A stretch of DNA of 64,000 nt from a virus (IMGVR_UViG_3300028025_000089); one strand, 5' to 3'. Numbered from the stretch's first letter, positions 1-10,690 are shown. Notes: a model not told the origin generated them from the letters alone. Program-made: numbers and translations.

Positions 1-2
1 TT

Positions 3-413
3 CAAAGTGTAACATGCGGGTTATATCCTTGGACGACAGATCCAAACACAACATCATTTGGTGTGGTATTAAACCAAACACTCCAAGACTATTTTACATC
101 ACAAGGTATTAACCCTGGTCAGTGTCAATTGAATTCAACAGTTTCAAATTGGTTTGTTGATATAAGAGTTAATGGATTACTTATTACTCAATATGGTTTC
201 TTTACAGGAATCGGAACTTCAGGTTATCCATCAAGTTCACAATGGTTACAAGGATTGCAAGAAGCTTTGGATGGTTTACTAACAAGTGGTTATAGTTATA
301 ATATTGATGAAGATACAAATGAATTAGTGGTCTTTAATAATAATTGTTTACCAAACTTTGATGACTTTGAATTGAATGTTGGAATAAACTTTGAAACTTA
401 CTGTAACGCATAA
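3..413 (+). CDS. C-terminal part of a putative virion structural protein, truncated at window edge
   Basis: The frame stays open upstream of the track start at 63 back to the window edge. Composition matches the downstream structural-type genes, and the stop overlaps the next ATG. Confidence 0.6.
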   Translation, partial: QSVTCGLYPWTTDPNTTSFGVVLNQTLQDYFTSQGINPGQCQLNSTVSNWFVDIRVNGLLITQYGFFTGIGTSGYPSSSQWLQGLQEALDGLLTSGYSYNIDEDTNELVVFNNNCLPNFDDFELNVGINFETYCNA

Positions 414-2599
414 TGAGTATAACAATTTATAATTATAGTGTAACTGGTGATTGTAGTAATACGGGGTCAGGAGCATTTTCATTTGACATTACAGGAACAA
501 CACCTCCTTTTGCCGTAACGTGTATTAGTTCAGGTTGTAGTTTACCAACCTCAGCAACCACAACTTCTTATGGTGTTTCAGGAATTACCGCTGACACATA
601 TTTTTTACAAGTCGTTGATGGATCGTCAAATAATTACGTTCAGGCTGTTTATATATCATCAGGAACAACCGCAACGATTGATTCTGAAAATACAACGTGT
701 GGGTTGAGTAATGGATCTATTACAGGATATACTTCAGGTGTTTATAATATTGCAACATTTAGTTTGTATGATGGACTTAACAATTTAGTCACCTCATCAC
801 AAGTTTCGAATAATTATTATAATTTCACATCTCTTTCTGCTGGAACATATTATATAGTTGCTGATGATGGTGGTGGTTGCACAGGAATCACAGCCTCAGT
901 AATTGTTACACCATCAACAGGTTTTACTTTTGGTGGTTATGTTGTTGATGACGCAAGTTGTAACGGAGTTGGAAGTGGAAAAATATTTCTTACAGGTTTA
1001 ACATTACCTTCATCCGCATATACAATAAATTGGTCACCAAATGTTAATGGACAAACAGGAACAACTGTTACAGGTTTAACGGGGGGAACTTATATAGTCA
1101 CAGTAACAGATCCTATTAATTGTTCTAATACACAATCATTTAATGTTCAAGCCGTTGATCCTTTGGGTTCAGGTGGTTTTATTACTATATCACAACCAAC
1201 TTGTTTTGCTAATGACGGTGAAGTTGAATTTATTGTGACAGGAGGAACTCCTCCATATTTCTTTAGCGGTTCGTCAGGTCAAGTTGATGTTACGTTTGCA
1301 TCATCAGTAACATTTACTGGTTTATCATCGGGTATTTATTCGTTTTTAGTTACAGATGCAGGACTATGCACCATATACGATTCGGTTTCAATGTTGACAC
1401 CAAACTCATTCACTACGGTTGCGGTTAACACAACACCATCTTTTTGTTCTCAAAACTCGGGATCTATTCAGGTTATAGTTGATAATGGATTGAGCACAGA
1501 ACCAAGTTTATTAATTTCAATATCAGGAACAAGCGGAACACAACAAGTTGGAAGTTTAGGAAACCCAACTCAAACATTCAACGGACTTCCAAATGGGACT
1601 TATTTAATCACCGTTCAATCAACAAGTTGCACTTATACCGCAACAACTAATATAACTTCTGTTGATTTATTTACGGTTACAGCATCAACAACAGGAACAA
1701 CTTGTGGTGGTAATAATGGTATTTTAGATGTTGTAGTTTCAACAGGAGGAACATTACCATACATATTTACTCTTACGGGACCAACTTATAGTCCTGTAAC
1801 CACAACAACTTTTTTATCTACATTTACAAATCTTAAATATGGTAATTATACCTTGACAGTTCAAGATTCAGGATCACCGAGTTGTAGTCAAACCTATAAT
1901 GTTTATATTGATGATAGTCAAAATGTATTTTTTAATTTAATACCATCACAACCAATTACAGGAAATGATGGGGCAATTACCACATATATTCTATCGGGAG
2001 TTCCGACCTTCAATCTAACATGGAGTAGTAATGTTAATGGTCAAACAGGATCAACTGTGACAGGACTAACGGCAGGGACTTATACTTTGACGGTTGTTGA
2101 TAGTGAAGATTGTTCCTTGACAAAATCAATTACATTAACGGGAACTAAAAAATATAGTGATTACAGATACTATAATATTTGTGATAATACATTTGCAGAC
2201 ACGGGAACGGTAACCAAAAGAAGTATGAGAGCAATGTATTTGGAAGGTTTTTCTGATCTTACAAGTGGGGATACAAATTGTATTATAAACGAAGCAACGT
2301 TTTCGATATATGCACAAGTTGGATCACAATCCGCTCAAACACAATTCTACACTTCAAGTGGATCAACCGATTACCCAACAGATGTTTTGTGGGCTCAAAC
2401 GATTGTTGAAACCTTAGATTCATTTGTAGGTATTTCAGGAACTACCGTCGACATAGTATCAAATAGAATAACAATAACCACAACATGTGAAGACATACCA
2501 AAAGGGTGTGAAATAGTCCCTTTGAATCCATTACAAGATAATGAGATTATTGTTAAGTTAGTTATTGATTATGATATATCTTGTGTAAGCTGTAGTTAA
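413..2599 (+). CDS. SprB-repeat-like, Cys/Thr/Gly-rich putative virion structural protein
   Basis: 728 aa with repeated GGTPPY/GLTAGTY.VTVTD..GC motifs typical of SprB beta-sandwich repeats; no signal peptide. Confidence 0.65.
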   Translation: MSITIYNYSVTGDCSNTGSGAFSFDITGTTPPFAVTCISSGCSLPTSATTTSYGVSGITADTYFLQVVDGSSNNYVQAVYISSGTTATIDSENTTCGLSNGSITGYTSGVYNIATFSLYDGLNNLVTSSQVSNNYYNFTSLSAGTYYIVADDGGGCTGITASVIVTPSTGFTFGGYVVDDASCNGVGSGKIFLTGLTLPSSAYTINWSPNVNGQTGTTVTGLTGGTYIVTVTDPINCSNTQSFNVQAVDPLGSGGFITISQPTCFANDGEVEFIVTGGTPPYFFSGSSGQVDVTFASSVTFTGLSSGIYSFLVTDAGLCTIYDSVSMLTPNSFTTVAVNTTPSFCSQNSGSIQVIVDNGLSTEPSLLISISGTSGTQQVGSLGNPTQTFNGLPNGTYLITVQSTSCTYTATTNITSVDLFTVTASTTGTTCGGNNGILDVVVSTGGTLPYIFTLTGPTYSPVTTTTFLSTFTNLKYGNYTLTVQDSGSPSCSQTYNVYIDDSQNVFFNLIPSQPITGNDGAITTYILSGVPTFNLTWSSNVNGQTGSTVTGLTAGTYTLTVVDSEDCSLTKSITLTGTKKYSDYRYYNICDNTFADTGTVTKRSMRAMYLEGFSDLTSGDTNCIINEATFSIYAQVGSQSAQTQFYTSSGSTDYPTDVLWAQTIVETLDSFVGISGTTVDIVSNRITITTTCEDIPKGCEIVPLNPLQDNEIIVKLVIDYDISCVSCS

Positions 2600-2602
2600 T
2601 TT

Positions 2603-2827
2603 ATGTCAAACCAAATAACAATAACTTCTGTTACAGGATTAACAACCCCATTTAGTGGATACTGTTGTGACGTATATGGAAATCAATGTTCATTTGTTGG
2701 AGTGATTAGTAGTTTACCAACAACAATAACTTTACCAAATCAGTTTAACACCGCTCCTGCGATAGGTTTAAAACTTAATGATGGTGCTGGATGTGAAACT
2801 TTAGAAACAATTTACTGTTCTTCATAA
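2603..2827 (+). CDS. Small Cys-containing structural-type protein, paralog of 10692..10910
   Basis: Shares the pattern QITI.S..GL.P...Y.CD.....C..V..I...P....LP..........LK..D..GC...ETL with 10692..10910. Confidence 0.6.
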   Translation: MSNQITITSVTGLTTPFSGYCCDVYGNQCSFVGVISSLPTTITLPNQFNTAPAIGLKLNDGAGCETLETIYCSS

Positions 2828-2861
2828 TTCACTTTACATATTTTTCCTTTAATTTTTCTTT

Positions 2862-3842
2862 ATGGAAAAAATTTTATTTGTCACCGCACAACCTGACGTG
2901 CCATATTTTATTTGGCAAATCAAACTATACGTTCATAATTTCATAGAGAAAGGAATTAACCCAAATCAAATCCACGTTATTTTTAGTTTACAAAATGAAA
3001 ATAATGAACCGTCAAGAGAATCTTTACAGTTGAAAGATCTTGGGATTAATGTTCATCACTTTGTTGATGAAAGGGTTAAAAAACATTATATACCATCAAT
3101 AAAACCATTTTTAATTTCAAAGTGGATTCAAAAAAATCCTAAATACGGTGAGTTATTTTTTCTTCACGATTCAGATATTATTTTTAACGAACTACCGAGT
3201 TTTGATCGGTTATTGAATGATGAGGTTTGTTACATGTCAGATACGATTGGATATATTGGATATAACTACATTATGGATTGTTGTAAAAGATATGAAAGTC
3301 AAAACCCAACTTCTGAGAAAGGACAACTCATTTCTGAAATGGCAAATGTTGTTGGAGTTGATGTTGACACAATTAAACAAAATCAAAAAAATTCAGGAGG
3401 AGGTCAATACCTTTTTAAAAACACAAATTGTGAATTATGGGATAAAATGTATAAAGACTCAATAAAATTATACGATCAAATGTTAGATTATCAAAAACGT
3501 TTTCCGATCAATCCAGGTCAAATACAATTTTGGACCGCAGAAATGTGGGCAGTGTTGTGGAATCTTTGGTTATATGAATACGAAACAAAAATAATTTCAG
3601 ATCTTGATTTTTCATGGGCTACTGACACCATTGAGATTTATAATTCAAAAAACATATTACACATGGCAGGTGTCACAGATGATCTAAAAACTACAAAATT
3701 CTATAAAGGTGATTATATTAATATTGACCCCATTTTGAAATTAAAGGAGGATGAAAACTTTTTTAATTACATAGATAAAAACAGTTCGACAATTAAATAC
3801 ATCGAAAACATGAAATCATATATAAAAAAATACGAAAATTGA
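2862..3842 (+). CDS. Putative protein O-glycosyltransferase resembling GT96 SERGT / GT95 HPAT
   Basis: Motifs YFIWQ...HNF, SIKPFLISKW, HDSDII (DxD) and WTAEMW parallel the plant SERGT1/HPAT motifs YFDWQ, NKP...HWL, DADMI and WISEMY, recalled from memory. Confidence 0.55.
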   Translation: MEKILFVTAQPDVPYFIWQIKLYVHNFIEKGINPNQIHVIFSLQNENNEPSRESLQLKDLGINVHHFVDERVKKHYIPSIKPFLISKWIQKNPKYGELFFLHDSDIIFNELPSFDRLLNDEVCYMSDTIGYIGYNYIMDCCKRYESQNPTSEKGQLISEMANVVGVDVDTIKQNQKNSGGGQYLFKNTNCELWDKMYKDSIKLYDQMLDYQKRFPINPGQIQFWTAEMWAVLWNLWLYEYETKIISDLDFSWATDTIEIYNSKNILHMAGVTDDLKTTKFYKGDYINIDPILKLKEDENFFNYIDKNSSTIKYIENMKSYIKKYEN

Positions 3843-3858
3843 TTATTTATAATATTAT

Positions 3859-5931
3859 ATGATTGAAAACTGTTATATACTATATTCTTGTGATGGAGGT
3901 TACCAACCGATCATTTCTAATTACAGTGGATTAAGCGCTTATTCTGAAAGTTACGTATCCATTAACATTATTGATTTGGGTGAAACTCCTGACACTTGTT
4001 TTTATGTTTTAAGTTTAGGTGAAATAGAATGTGATATAACCTATGATATTGACATAAACACAGGAACAACATGTTCTTGTCAGTGTTATTGTTATTTTAT
4101 AAGAAGTTTAGAAACAAATGTTGATGTGACTTATGTAGATTGTAATGATCTTATTGTTGTTGAAACATTACAAGAAGGACAAACATATAATATTTGTAGT
4201 AAAGTATTTCCTCAATTTGATGGAGAATCTCAAATACCAATTAAAATAACGGATATTTGTCAAAACAACCAATGTCCTCCAACAATACCAACAGTAAAAC
4301 CACCTAACGAATGTGATGTTATTACAATATTTCCAATGGACGTTGAGTGTATTGTTCAAAACCCATCCAACGACAGATCTTTTGATGGGGCTGCGACATT
4401 AGCAATTACAGGAGGAACACCACCTTATACCATATTTTGGGAAATCGGAAGTTTTGCTCCAGCCCTTAATAATTTAGGTGTTGGTGAGTATTCAGCAACT
4501 GTGACTGATTACTATGGTGATTTTACTGCGAACACCACTTGTGTTTTAACGGCAGAAACATTAACCATATCTGGTATGTGTTTTGTTATGACGGGAATTA
4601 CAGGTGAAGTTTTAACTTATATTTCAGCCGAAAGTCTTGGACTTAAAAACGGAAAACCATATTATGAAATACAATATTTGGGTGAAACGTATGGTTATGT
4701 ATTTTGGAATACAGAATATGAAACTTGGTATTTTTGTCAAACATTAGATTGTCAAAATATAAGCCCATATAACACTTATACAGGAACAACTTATTATCCT
4801 TCAGGTGCTACAGGTGATTGGGTTATTGAATCTGATACACAATATCAAATAATTGAATCTTATGTTGGTCCATGTCAAATACCTGCAATTGTTAAAGGAG
4901 ACACCAATCTTTGTGTTACGTTAATTATAAATACAGGAAATTCAGACTCACCAACAGATACTTTAAATATTGGATTAGACCCAAGTAATGAAATTAATGG
5001 ACAACCAAGTTGGTCATCATCAACGGGACAATATGTGATTTATTGGAATACAGGATCAACACCTAATCAATGGGTTATGACGGGATATACTAATCCATAT
5101 GTTACATTAACAAACAATGATCCATCAGATCCACCTATTAGTAATTGGGTTGTTAATGGTGAACCTGAAGTTTTAGAAATGTTTGTTTTGACTGGTGATT
5201 GTTCCACTGGTTATACAATAAATGTCAATGCTGCAATAAATGATGCCTTATGTGAAGAAACGGGAAGTATAACACTAACCGCAAGTGGAGGTATTGCACC
5301 ATACGAATATTCTGTTGATGGGATTAATTTTCAACCATCCCCAATATTCAACGGACTAACACCGGGGTCTTATATAGTTTATGCGAAAGATTCATTAAAT
5401 AATATTGGGTTATATTCACCTGTTGTGATAAATAATACACCACCTGTATCATATTCAGTCGTGTTGAATGTAAACTATAGCACGGGATTATTTACTATAA
5501 CGGCACCTACTTTACCTGCAGGTGTTACAATAGATCTTAATTTGGTGATGACTTCAACGTTTAGTTATTACCCAACAACACTTTCACCACAACCAACTTA
5601 TAATAATTTTACAACAATTATTGGAACAGGACTTATGACTTTGACAAATACTATGTTAAATATAACTCCGTTGACAGGTCCTTGTGTTAGAACAGGTTCT
5701 ATTGGAGTTGCACAAACAACAAATACTTATACAAATACAATTACTTTGGTGAGTAATCAAGTTGTTAGTGGAACAACCACAAATAACATTATCAATGACC
5801 CAACTGGAAATTGTAAAAATGCTATTGGTTCATATAACTTAACAATGACAAACCCTACGATAAATAATTGTCAGTGTTGTTCGGTATTTCTTCTTAACCC
5901 AAGATTAAACCCAGCACCTCCAATTACATAA
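3859..5931 (+). CDS. SprB-repeat-containing putative virion structural protein
   Basis: Contains GGTPPY and GGIAPYEYS SprB-like repeats, is Cys-rich, and has TATTTAT upstream. Confidence 0.6.
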   Translation: MIENCYILYSCDGGYQPIISNYSGLSAYSESYVSINIIDLGETPDTCFYVLSLGEIECDITYDIDINTGTTCSCQCYCYFIRSLETNVDVTYVDCNDLIVVETLQEGQTYNICSKVFPQFDGESQIPIKITDICQNNQCPPTIPTVKPPNECDVITIFPMDVECIVQNPSNDRSFDGAATLAITGGTPPYTIFWEIGSFAPALNNLGVGEYSATVTDYYGDFTANTTCVLTAETLTISGMCFVMTGITGEVLTYISAESLGLKNGKPYYEIQYLGETYGYVFWNTEYETWYFCQTLDCQNISPYNTYTGTTYYPSGATGDWVIESDTQYQIIESYVGPCQIPAIVKGDTNLCVTLIINTGNSDSPTDTLNIGLDPSNEINGQPSWSSSTGQYVIYWNTGSTPNQWVMTGYTNPYVTLTNNDPSDPPISNWVVNGEPEVLEMFVLTGDCSTGYTINVNAAINDALCEETGSITLTASGGIAPYEYSVDGINFQPSPIFNGLTPGSYIVYAKDSLNNIGLYSPVVINNTPPVSYSVVLNVNYSTGLFTITAPTLPAGVTIDLNLVMTSTFSYYPTTLSPQPTYNNFTTIIGTGLMTLTNTMLNITPLTGPCVRTGSIGVAQTTNTYTNTITLVSNQVVSGTTTNNIINDPTGNCKNAIGSYNLTMTNPTINNCQCCSVFLLNPRLNPAPPIT

Positions 5932-5958
5932 AATTAAAAGAATAATATTTATTCAATA

Positions 5959-8478
5959 ATGGCCTACATAATTAAAAATACATCAGGTTTGGTTAACACC
6001 CGAGTTACTGACACGGGAAGACAAAGATTGTCTGAAGGTAGATTCAATATCACATATTTTGCTATTGGTGATAGTGAAATATCTTATAATCAATTACCCA
6101 ACACTTATAACCAATCAAACACCGTTGTATTGGAACCTCAATTTAATGCTCAAAATAGTTCAGGCGTTCCTGAATCAAATAGACAATATATTAAATATCC
6201 TTATTTGGTTGATGAAGGTCAAACAAACCTTTATGGTATTCCATTTATGGATTCGCAAATTGAATCTGTTTATAATAGAGCTGCAATGAGAGGATTTTTT
6301 ACAGGAAACACAACAGCGTCAACTGTAAATTGGAAGGCTCTTGTTAATAATTCATATGTTGTGACACCAAATTATGTTGTTAATATGTCAACGTTAAATG
6401 GGTCAAATGAAATCAACGTATATCGATTAGATTGTAATAGTCAAAATAATAATACACCACAAGTTGGTGATTTTATTACAATATATTATGATGGGTTTGC
6501 AAAAAATGATTGTTCTTGTTCTAATTTCCCGACACCAACACCATCGGCATCGGTAGGACAAACACCAACACCTACACCAACTCCATCGGCAACATTATCA
6601 AACCCTTGTGCGTCACCAACACCGACACCAAGCCCAACTCAAACACCTTGTATATCACCTACACCAAGTGCTCAATGTCCTTTACCACCACCACCTGATT
6701 GTTTGAAAAATGTTAATTCTTGTTTTTCAATATTAACATATAGAATCGTTGCGGTATGTAATGATAAATTAACATTAGATAGACCAACACCCGACTTTAC
6801 CAATCTTTCAAGTGATTGTATTGCAAGAACATTAATATATCCACCACAAATGGTTCCTTTGTATGATAGTTTTACACCTGAACCGCATTGGGCTCAAAGT
6901 GTTATTGATTTTGAATCAGTTTGTGATACGGATCAATTTGATGTTAAAATTTGGAACATGAATATTCCGTGGACTGAAAGTCCGGCAGGTTTATTGCCAT
7001 CACAATACCAAGACTATACCAAATTTGGATCAATTAATTATATCGGTCAAAAAGAATACTTTGGTTATACAACAAGTGCTCAAACATCTACAGACGATGT
7101 TTATTATTATAACTCTTTTGGTGAAAAACAAGTTGTGACACCGCAAGATCAAAAGGCTATTGCAATTATTCATTATACTAATCAAACAATAGATTTCTTT
7201 TATGGTGAAAAATTTGCTTTAGAACCATATGACACACAAAACCCTGAAAACACACAAGGTCAAGCAAGAAACTTTAAGTTACACATGCCAACAATAATGT
7301 GGCATAAAAACCCTGAATGTTGTTTTGGTCAAACATTCTATGTTGATCCTCCAGGGTTCGAAGGTAAAAACTTGTTTACAGTTCAATATACAAAATCAAA
7401 TATTTCGTCCAACATGAATAAACCTGGATTGAGATATTATAATTTATGGGACACATTTGCACAACCAAATGGACTTCCAAGTAGAATTGGAAAAGTATAT
7501 CCTGATTCTAAAATGATAATAATAGATGACGAAGAATTGGTTGCTGCACTTTCATATAAGTCAAATCGAAATTGGACTTTACCGGCACCTCAAGTTTCGT
7601 TATTAACACCAAACACTTGTGGTGTTTCTAATACTACAGGAGTTTTAACTGGTGGCAGTGAAACAATGTGGGTGACTTATAGATTAACAAACACTAATTA
7701 CTTTACTAATTCATTACATTGTAATTACTATGTGAACGTAGTTGGAACTGAAAATGTTTGTTCACCTGAAACACCAAAAAATGTTGCGGTTAGATTCGGA
7801 GGAGATTTCCCTTGTTTAGTTCAACCAGGTTTTACACCAACAACCACAACCACAACAATTCCTTTTACAACAACCACAACTACAAGTCCATTAACAACAA
7901 CTACAACTACAAGTCCATTAATTACAACCACAACAACTATTTGTCCAACTTGTGTTGTTCCTGCAGGTTTTTACGCGACTGAATTCCAAGTATTAGCTCA
8001 AAGAGTTCCTACGGGACAAAGACCAACCCCTGAAAGTTGGAAGATGATTGATTTTACACAACAAATAAGTAGTTTATTTATTAATGGATATGTAACACAA
8101 GAATCATTAACGGCAACAACATTTACAATTACTGCTGAAAATTATGACAGCGCTCCATTCTACAATCTAAATGATTATGTTACACTTGTTCCTAATGGTG
8201 CGACAGGTCAACAATTAAACTTTGGTGATGAATATTATTTCTATGGAAATTTAGAGACAGATATTCAAGCAACGATCTACGAAATGAAATATAAGATAAA
8301 CTTGAATTCTTCTGAATTTTTGGTGTCTCAAAACCCAACATGGACAAAAGGGACTCAATCTTATGTTACGGAAATTGCGTTATTAGATGAAAATGAAGAT
8401 ATTCTTGTTATGTCAAAATTACAATCACCTGTTTTACGACAAGGAATACAACAATACGTGGTAAAATTAGATTTCTAA
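5959..8478 (+). CDS. Large virion structural protein (tail/baseplate-associated type) with Pro/Thr-rich insertions
   Basis: N-terminal TDTGR...ITYFAIGDSE and C-terminal TEIALLDENEDILVMSKL...VKLDF motifs resemble those of phage tail/baseplate proteins. Contains PTPTP and poly-Thr linkers. Confidence 0.6.
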   Translation: MAYIIKNTSGLVNTRVTDTGRQRLSEGRFNITYFAIGDSEISYNQLPNTYNQSNTVVLEPQFNAQNSSGVPESNRQYIKYPYLVDEGQTNLYGIPFMDSQIESVYNRAAMRGFFTGNTTASTVNWKALVNNSYVVTPNYVVNMSTLNGSNEINVYRLDCNSQNNNTPQVGDFITIYYDGFAKNDCSCSNFPTPTPSASVGQTPTPTPTPSATLSNPCASPTPTPSPTQTPCISPTPSAQCPLPPPPDCLKNVNSCFSILTYRIVAVCNDKLTLDRPTPDFTNLSSDCIARTLIYPPQMVPLYDSFTPEPHWAQSVIDFESVCDTDQFDVKIWNMNIPWTESPAGLLPSQYQDYTKFGSINYIGQKEYFGYTTSAQTSTDDVYYYNSFGEKQVVTPQDQKAIAIIHYTNQTIDFFYGEKFALEPYDTQNPENTQGQARNFKLHMPTIMWHKNPECCFGQTFYVDPPGFEGKNLFTVQYTKSNISSNMNKPGLRYYNLWDTFAQPNGLPSRIGKVYPDSKMIIIDDEELVAALSYKSNRNWTLPAPQVSLLTPNTCGVSNTTGVLTGGSETMWVTYRLTNTNYFTNSLHCNYYVNVVGTENVCSPETPKNVAVRFGGDFPCLVQPGFTPTTTTTTIPFTTTTTTSPLTTTTTTSPLITTTTTICPTCVVPAGFYATEFQVLAQRVPTGQRPTPESWKMIDFTQQISSLFINGYVTQESLTATTFTITAENYDSAPFYNLNDYVTLVPNGATGQQLNFGDEYYFYGNLETDIQATIYEMKYKINLNSSEFLVSQNPTWTKGTQSYVTEIALLDENEDILVMSKLQSPVLRQGIQQYVVKLDF

Positions 8479-8535
8479 CCAAAAACTTTAATTTTAATTC
8501 TTTTCACTTATAATAATTTAATACAAACAATTTTT

Positions 8536-9144
8536 ATGGCAAAAAATCTGAAAAACACACCAAAAGTCTTGGGACTTGATATATCAACCAAAACAATTGG
8601 TTGGGCGTTATTCGACATCCAAACTCAAGAGTTATTAGAACTTACCCATGTTTCACCAAGACCTAAAATGGATAAAGATGACGATGATAAATTAAAAGAG
8701 TTATTACTTAAATCAGAAATTTTTTCAGAGAAGTTAAAACAATATAAAAATCTTGGAATTGTAAGAATCGTAATTGAAGAGCCTTTATTAAATTCTAACA
8801 ATGTATATACAATTCAAACCCTATTAAGATTTAATAGTTTTGTTTTCAAAGAGATATACAACATATTTGGAATTGTTCCCGAATTTATTTCAACATACAA
8901 TTCAAGAAAGTTTGCATTTCCCGAATTAGTCCAAGAAAACGATAAAAAGAAACACGTTCTATTTGGAGGTCTTCCAAAAGATGTGGATAAGAAAATGATA
9001 ATTTGGGAAAAGGTTGCAAAAAGAGAACCTCAAATCAAATGGTTATATACCAAAAATAATACACTTAAAAAGGAAAACTTTGACCAAACTGATGCTTATA
9101 CTTGTGCGTTAGGTTTTATGAGGTCTAAAGGTATTTGGGAATAA
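8536..9144 (+). CDS. RuvC-like Holliday junction resolvase
   Basis: Motifs VLGLDISTKTIGWA, VIEEP and C-terminal DQTDAY give an RNase H-fold acidic tetrad. Confidence 0.8.
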   Translation: MAKNLKNTPKVLGLDISTKTIGWALFDIQTQELLELTHVSPRPKMDKDDDDKLKELLLKSEIFSEKLKQYKNLGIVRIVIEEPLLNSNNVYTIQTLLRFNSFVFKEIYNIFGIVPEFISTYNSRKFAFPELVQENDKKKHVLFGGLPKDVDKKMIIWEKVAKREPQIKWLYTKNNTLKKENFDQTDAYTCALGFMRSKGIWE

Positions 9145-9169
9145 TATTGTATAATATATTGATAATTTG

Positions 9170-9202
9170 AAATATCGTCTTTTTAGACGATATTTTTTTT
9201 TA
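9170..9202. terminator. Bidirectional intrinsic terminator between convergent genes
   Basis: Stem aaatatcgtct/agacgatattt followed by a T-run. Confidence 0.75.
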
Positions 9203-10690
9203 ACAAGAAAATCCTGTATTTGTTATTAGAGTGTTTTGAGGGTTGTTGGATACTGGTGTTGTTGATGAACACAAATAAATTGAAGTATTTGGATTCATAG
9301 ATATTGAAGAAGGACCATTTTCACAACTAAAATAAGATATTGATATTTTAGATGGACTGTCATTAACAATCGAATATTCAAACTGAACACATGGTGTAGG
9401 ACTTGGAGTCGGTGTTGGTGTTTGAGTTGGAGTTTGTGTTGGAGTTTGTGTTAATTCAGGAACGCAGTTTAAACAAGCGCCATCTGTAGTTGATCCTATT
9501 TCTGTTAATAACTGAATTGTATCCACACCACTTATATTTTCAAATAACCCATCATAAATAACACAATATCCTTGTCCGTTAATTATTGCGTTATATACAT
9601 AACCTTCTTTTGGTGATGTAGTTCCTGAAACCAAAACCAAATCTGATGTAAAATATTGAATACCTGTAAAGCAATCTCTGAATTTTTTACTATTTGCACA
9701 TTGTATAATTTCAGAAAATGTATTAAATATAACTTCACCCGAAAAATTGCAAGGTCTATCAACTTGTGGTGTTGGAGTTGGTGTCGGTGTAAACGAAGGC
9801 GTTGGAGTTGGTGATATACCTAATTTTGAAACTACCATTGATACACCACCACAAATTGCCGAACTTGTCGGTGTCATTGTTGGTGTGGGGGTTGGTGTTT
9901 TTGGTGGTGTTGTAGAAGGTGTTGGTGGTATATAACAATCAAAAACCGCTTCCAAATCTAACGTAGAACAAGGATTAATTGTTGTTGTAGTTGTTGTGCA
10001 TGGACCAAAATAAAGAACACTATCATCTAAATCAGGACAAGAGGATGCGCTACCATATGGTCCGAATTGATCACAAGGATCACCAAGATTTTGAGCTAAA
10101 CACCATCTTGTTTCACCTGTAGAGTAATAAATCACAAAACTTGTAGATTCACCTGTATAATATGATTGACCATCAAAAGTTCCTGCAATTTCATATGTGT
10201 CGTCGTATGTTGTATCATTTTGAATACAAAATGTTCCTGTGCAAGTGCAGGCAGATATACCTAATATTTCACCAGCACTATCAACATCATAAACATCAAC
10301 ACCGTCAGAATAGTAAGAAATTAATGCTGTAGTTGTGCAAGCAGAATCTGTGTATACAATAGACCCAATGTTTAAATCAGAACCATACAAGATATAATCT
10401 AATGGTGATAAACAAGAAAGTTCAGGATCTGAAGCCGATGAAAAATTTCCTAAAAAATTACAAGAACAACCTGAAACTCCGGTAATTTCTCCCGAACCAT
10501 TTGTTGAATATAAATTAGACCCGTTACTCAAATATATTGATGCTAAAGGCATCGTGCAACCTGAATCAATATACATCTCTTCACCAATTACCAAACTATC
10601 TCCGTATACCGTAGTTGTAAGTGCAGATAAACACAAATCCAAACTAGCGGATGTGTCAAGAGCAAATAAACCTAAATCATTACAAGCCAT
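9200..10690 (-). CDS. Cys-rich, Pro/Thr-repeat putative virion structural protein
   Basis: 496 aa with repeated GEI.G.S.C.C modules and several PTPTP tracts. Confidence 0.65.
   Translation of the reverse strand: MACNDLGLFALDTSASLDLCLSALTTTVYGDSLVIGEEMYIDSGCTMPLASIYLSNGSNLYSTNGSGEITGVSGCSCNFLGNFSSASDPELSCLSPLDYILYGSDLNIGSIVYTDSACTTTALISYYSDGVDVYDVDSAGEILGISACTCTGTFCIQNDTTYDDTYEIAGTFDGQSYYTGESTSFVIYYSTGETRWCLAQNLGDPCDQFGPYGSASSCPDLDDSVLYFGPCTTTTTTINPCSTLDLEAVFDCYIPPTPSTTPPKTPTPTPTMTPTSSAICGGVSMVVSKLGISPTPTPSFTPTPTPTPQVDRPCNFSGEVIFNTFSEIIQCANSKKFRDCFTGIQYFTSDLVLVSGTTSPKEGYVYNAIINGQGYCVIYDGLFENISGVDTIQLLTEIGSTTDGACLNCVPELTQTPTQTPTQTPTPTPSPTPCVQFEYSIVNDSPSKISISYFSCENGPSSISMNPNTSIYLCSSTTPVSNNPQNTLITNTGFSC

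Noticed and set aside
9747-9935. Plus-strand GVGVGV ORF
   Set aside because: It is the antisense of PTPTP repeats in 9200..10690.
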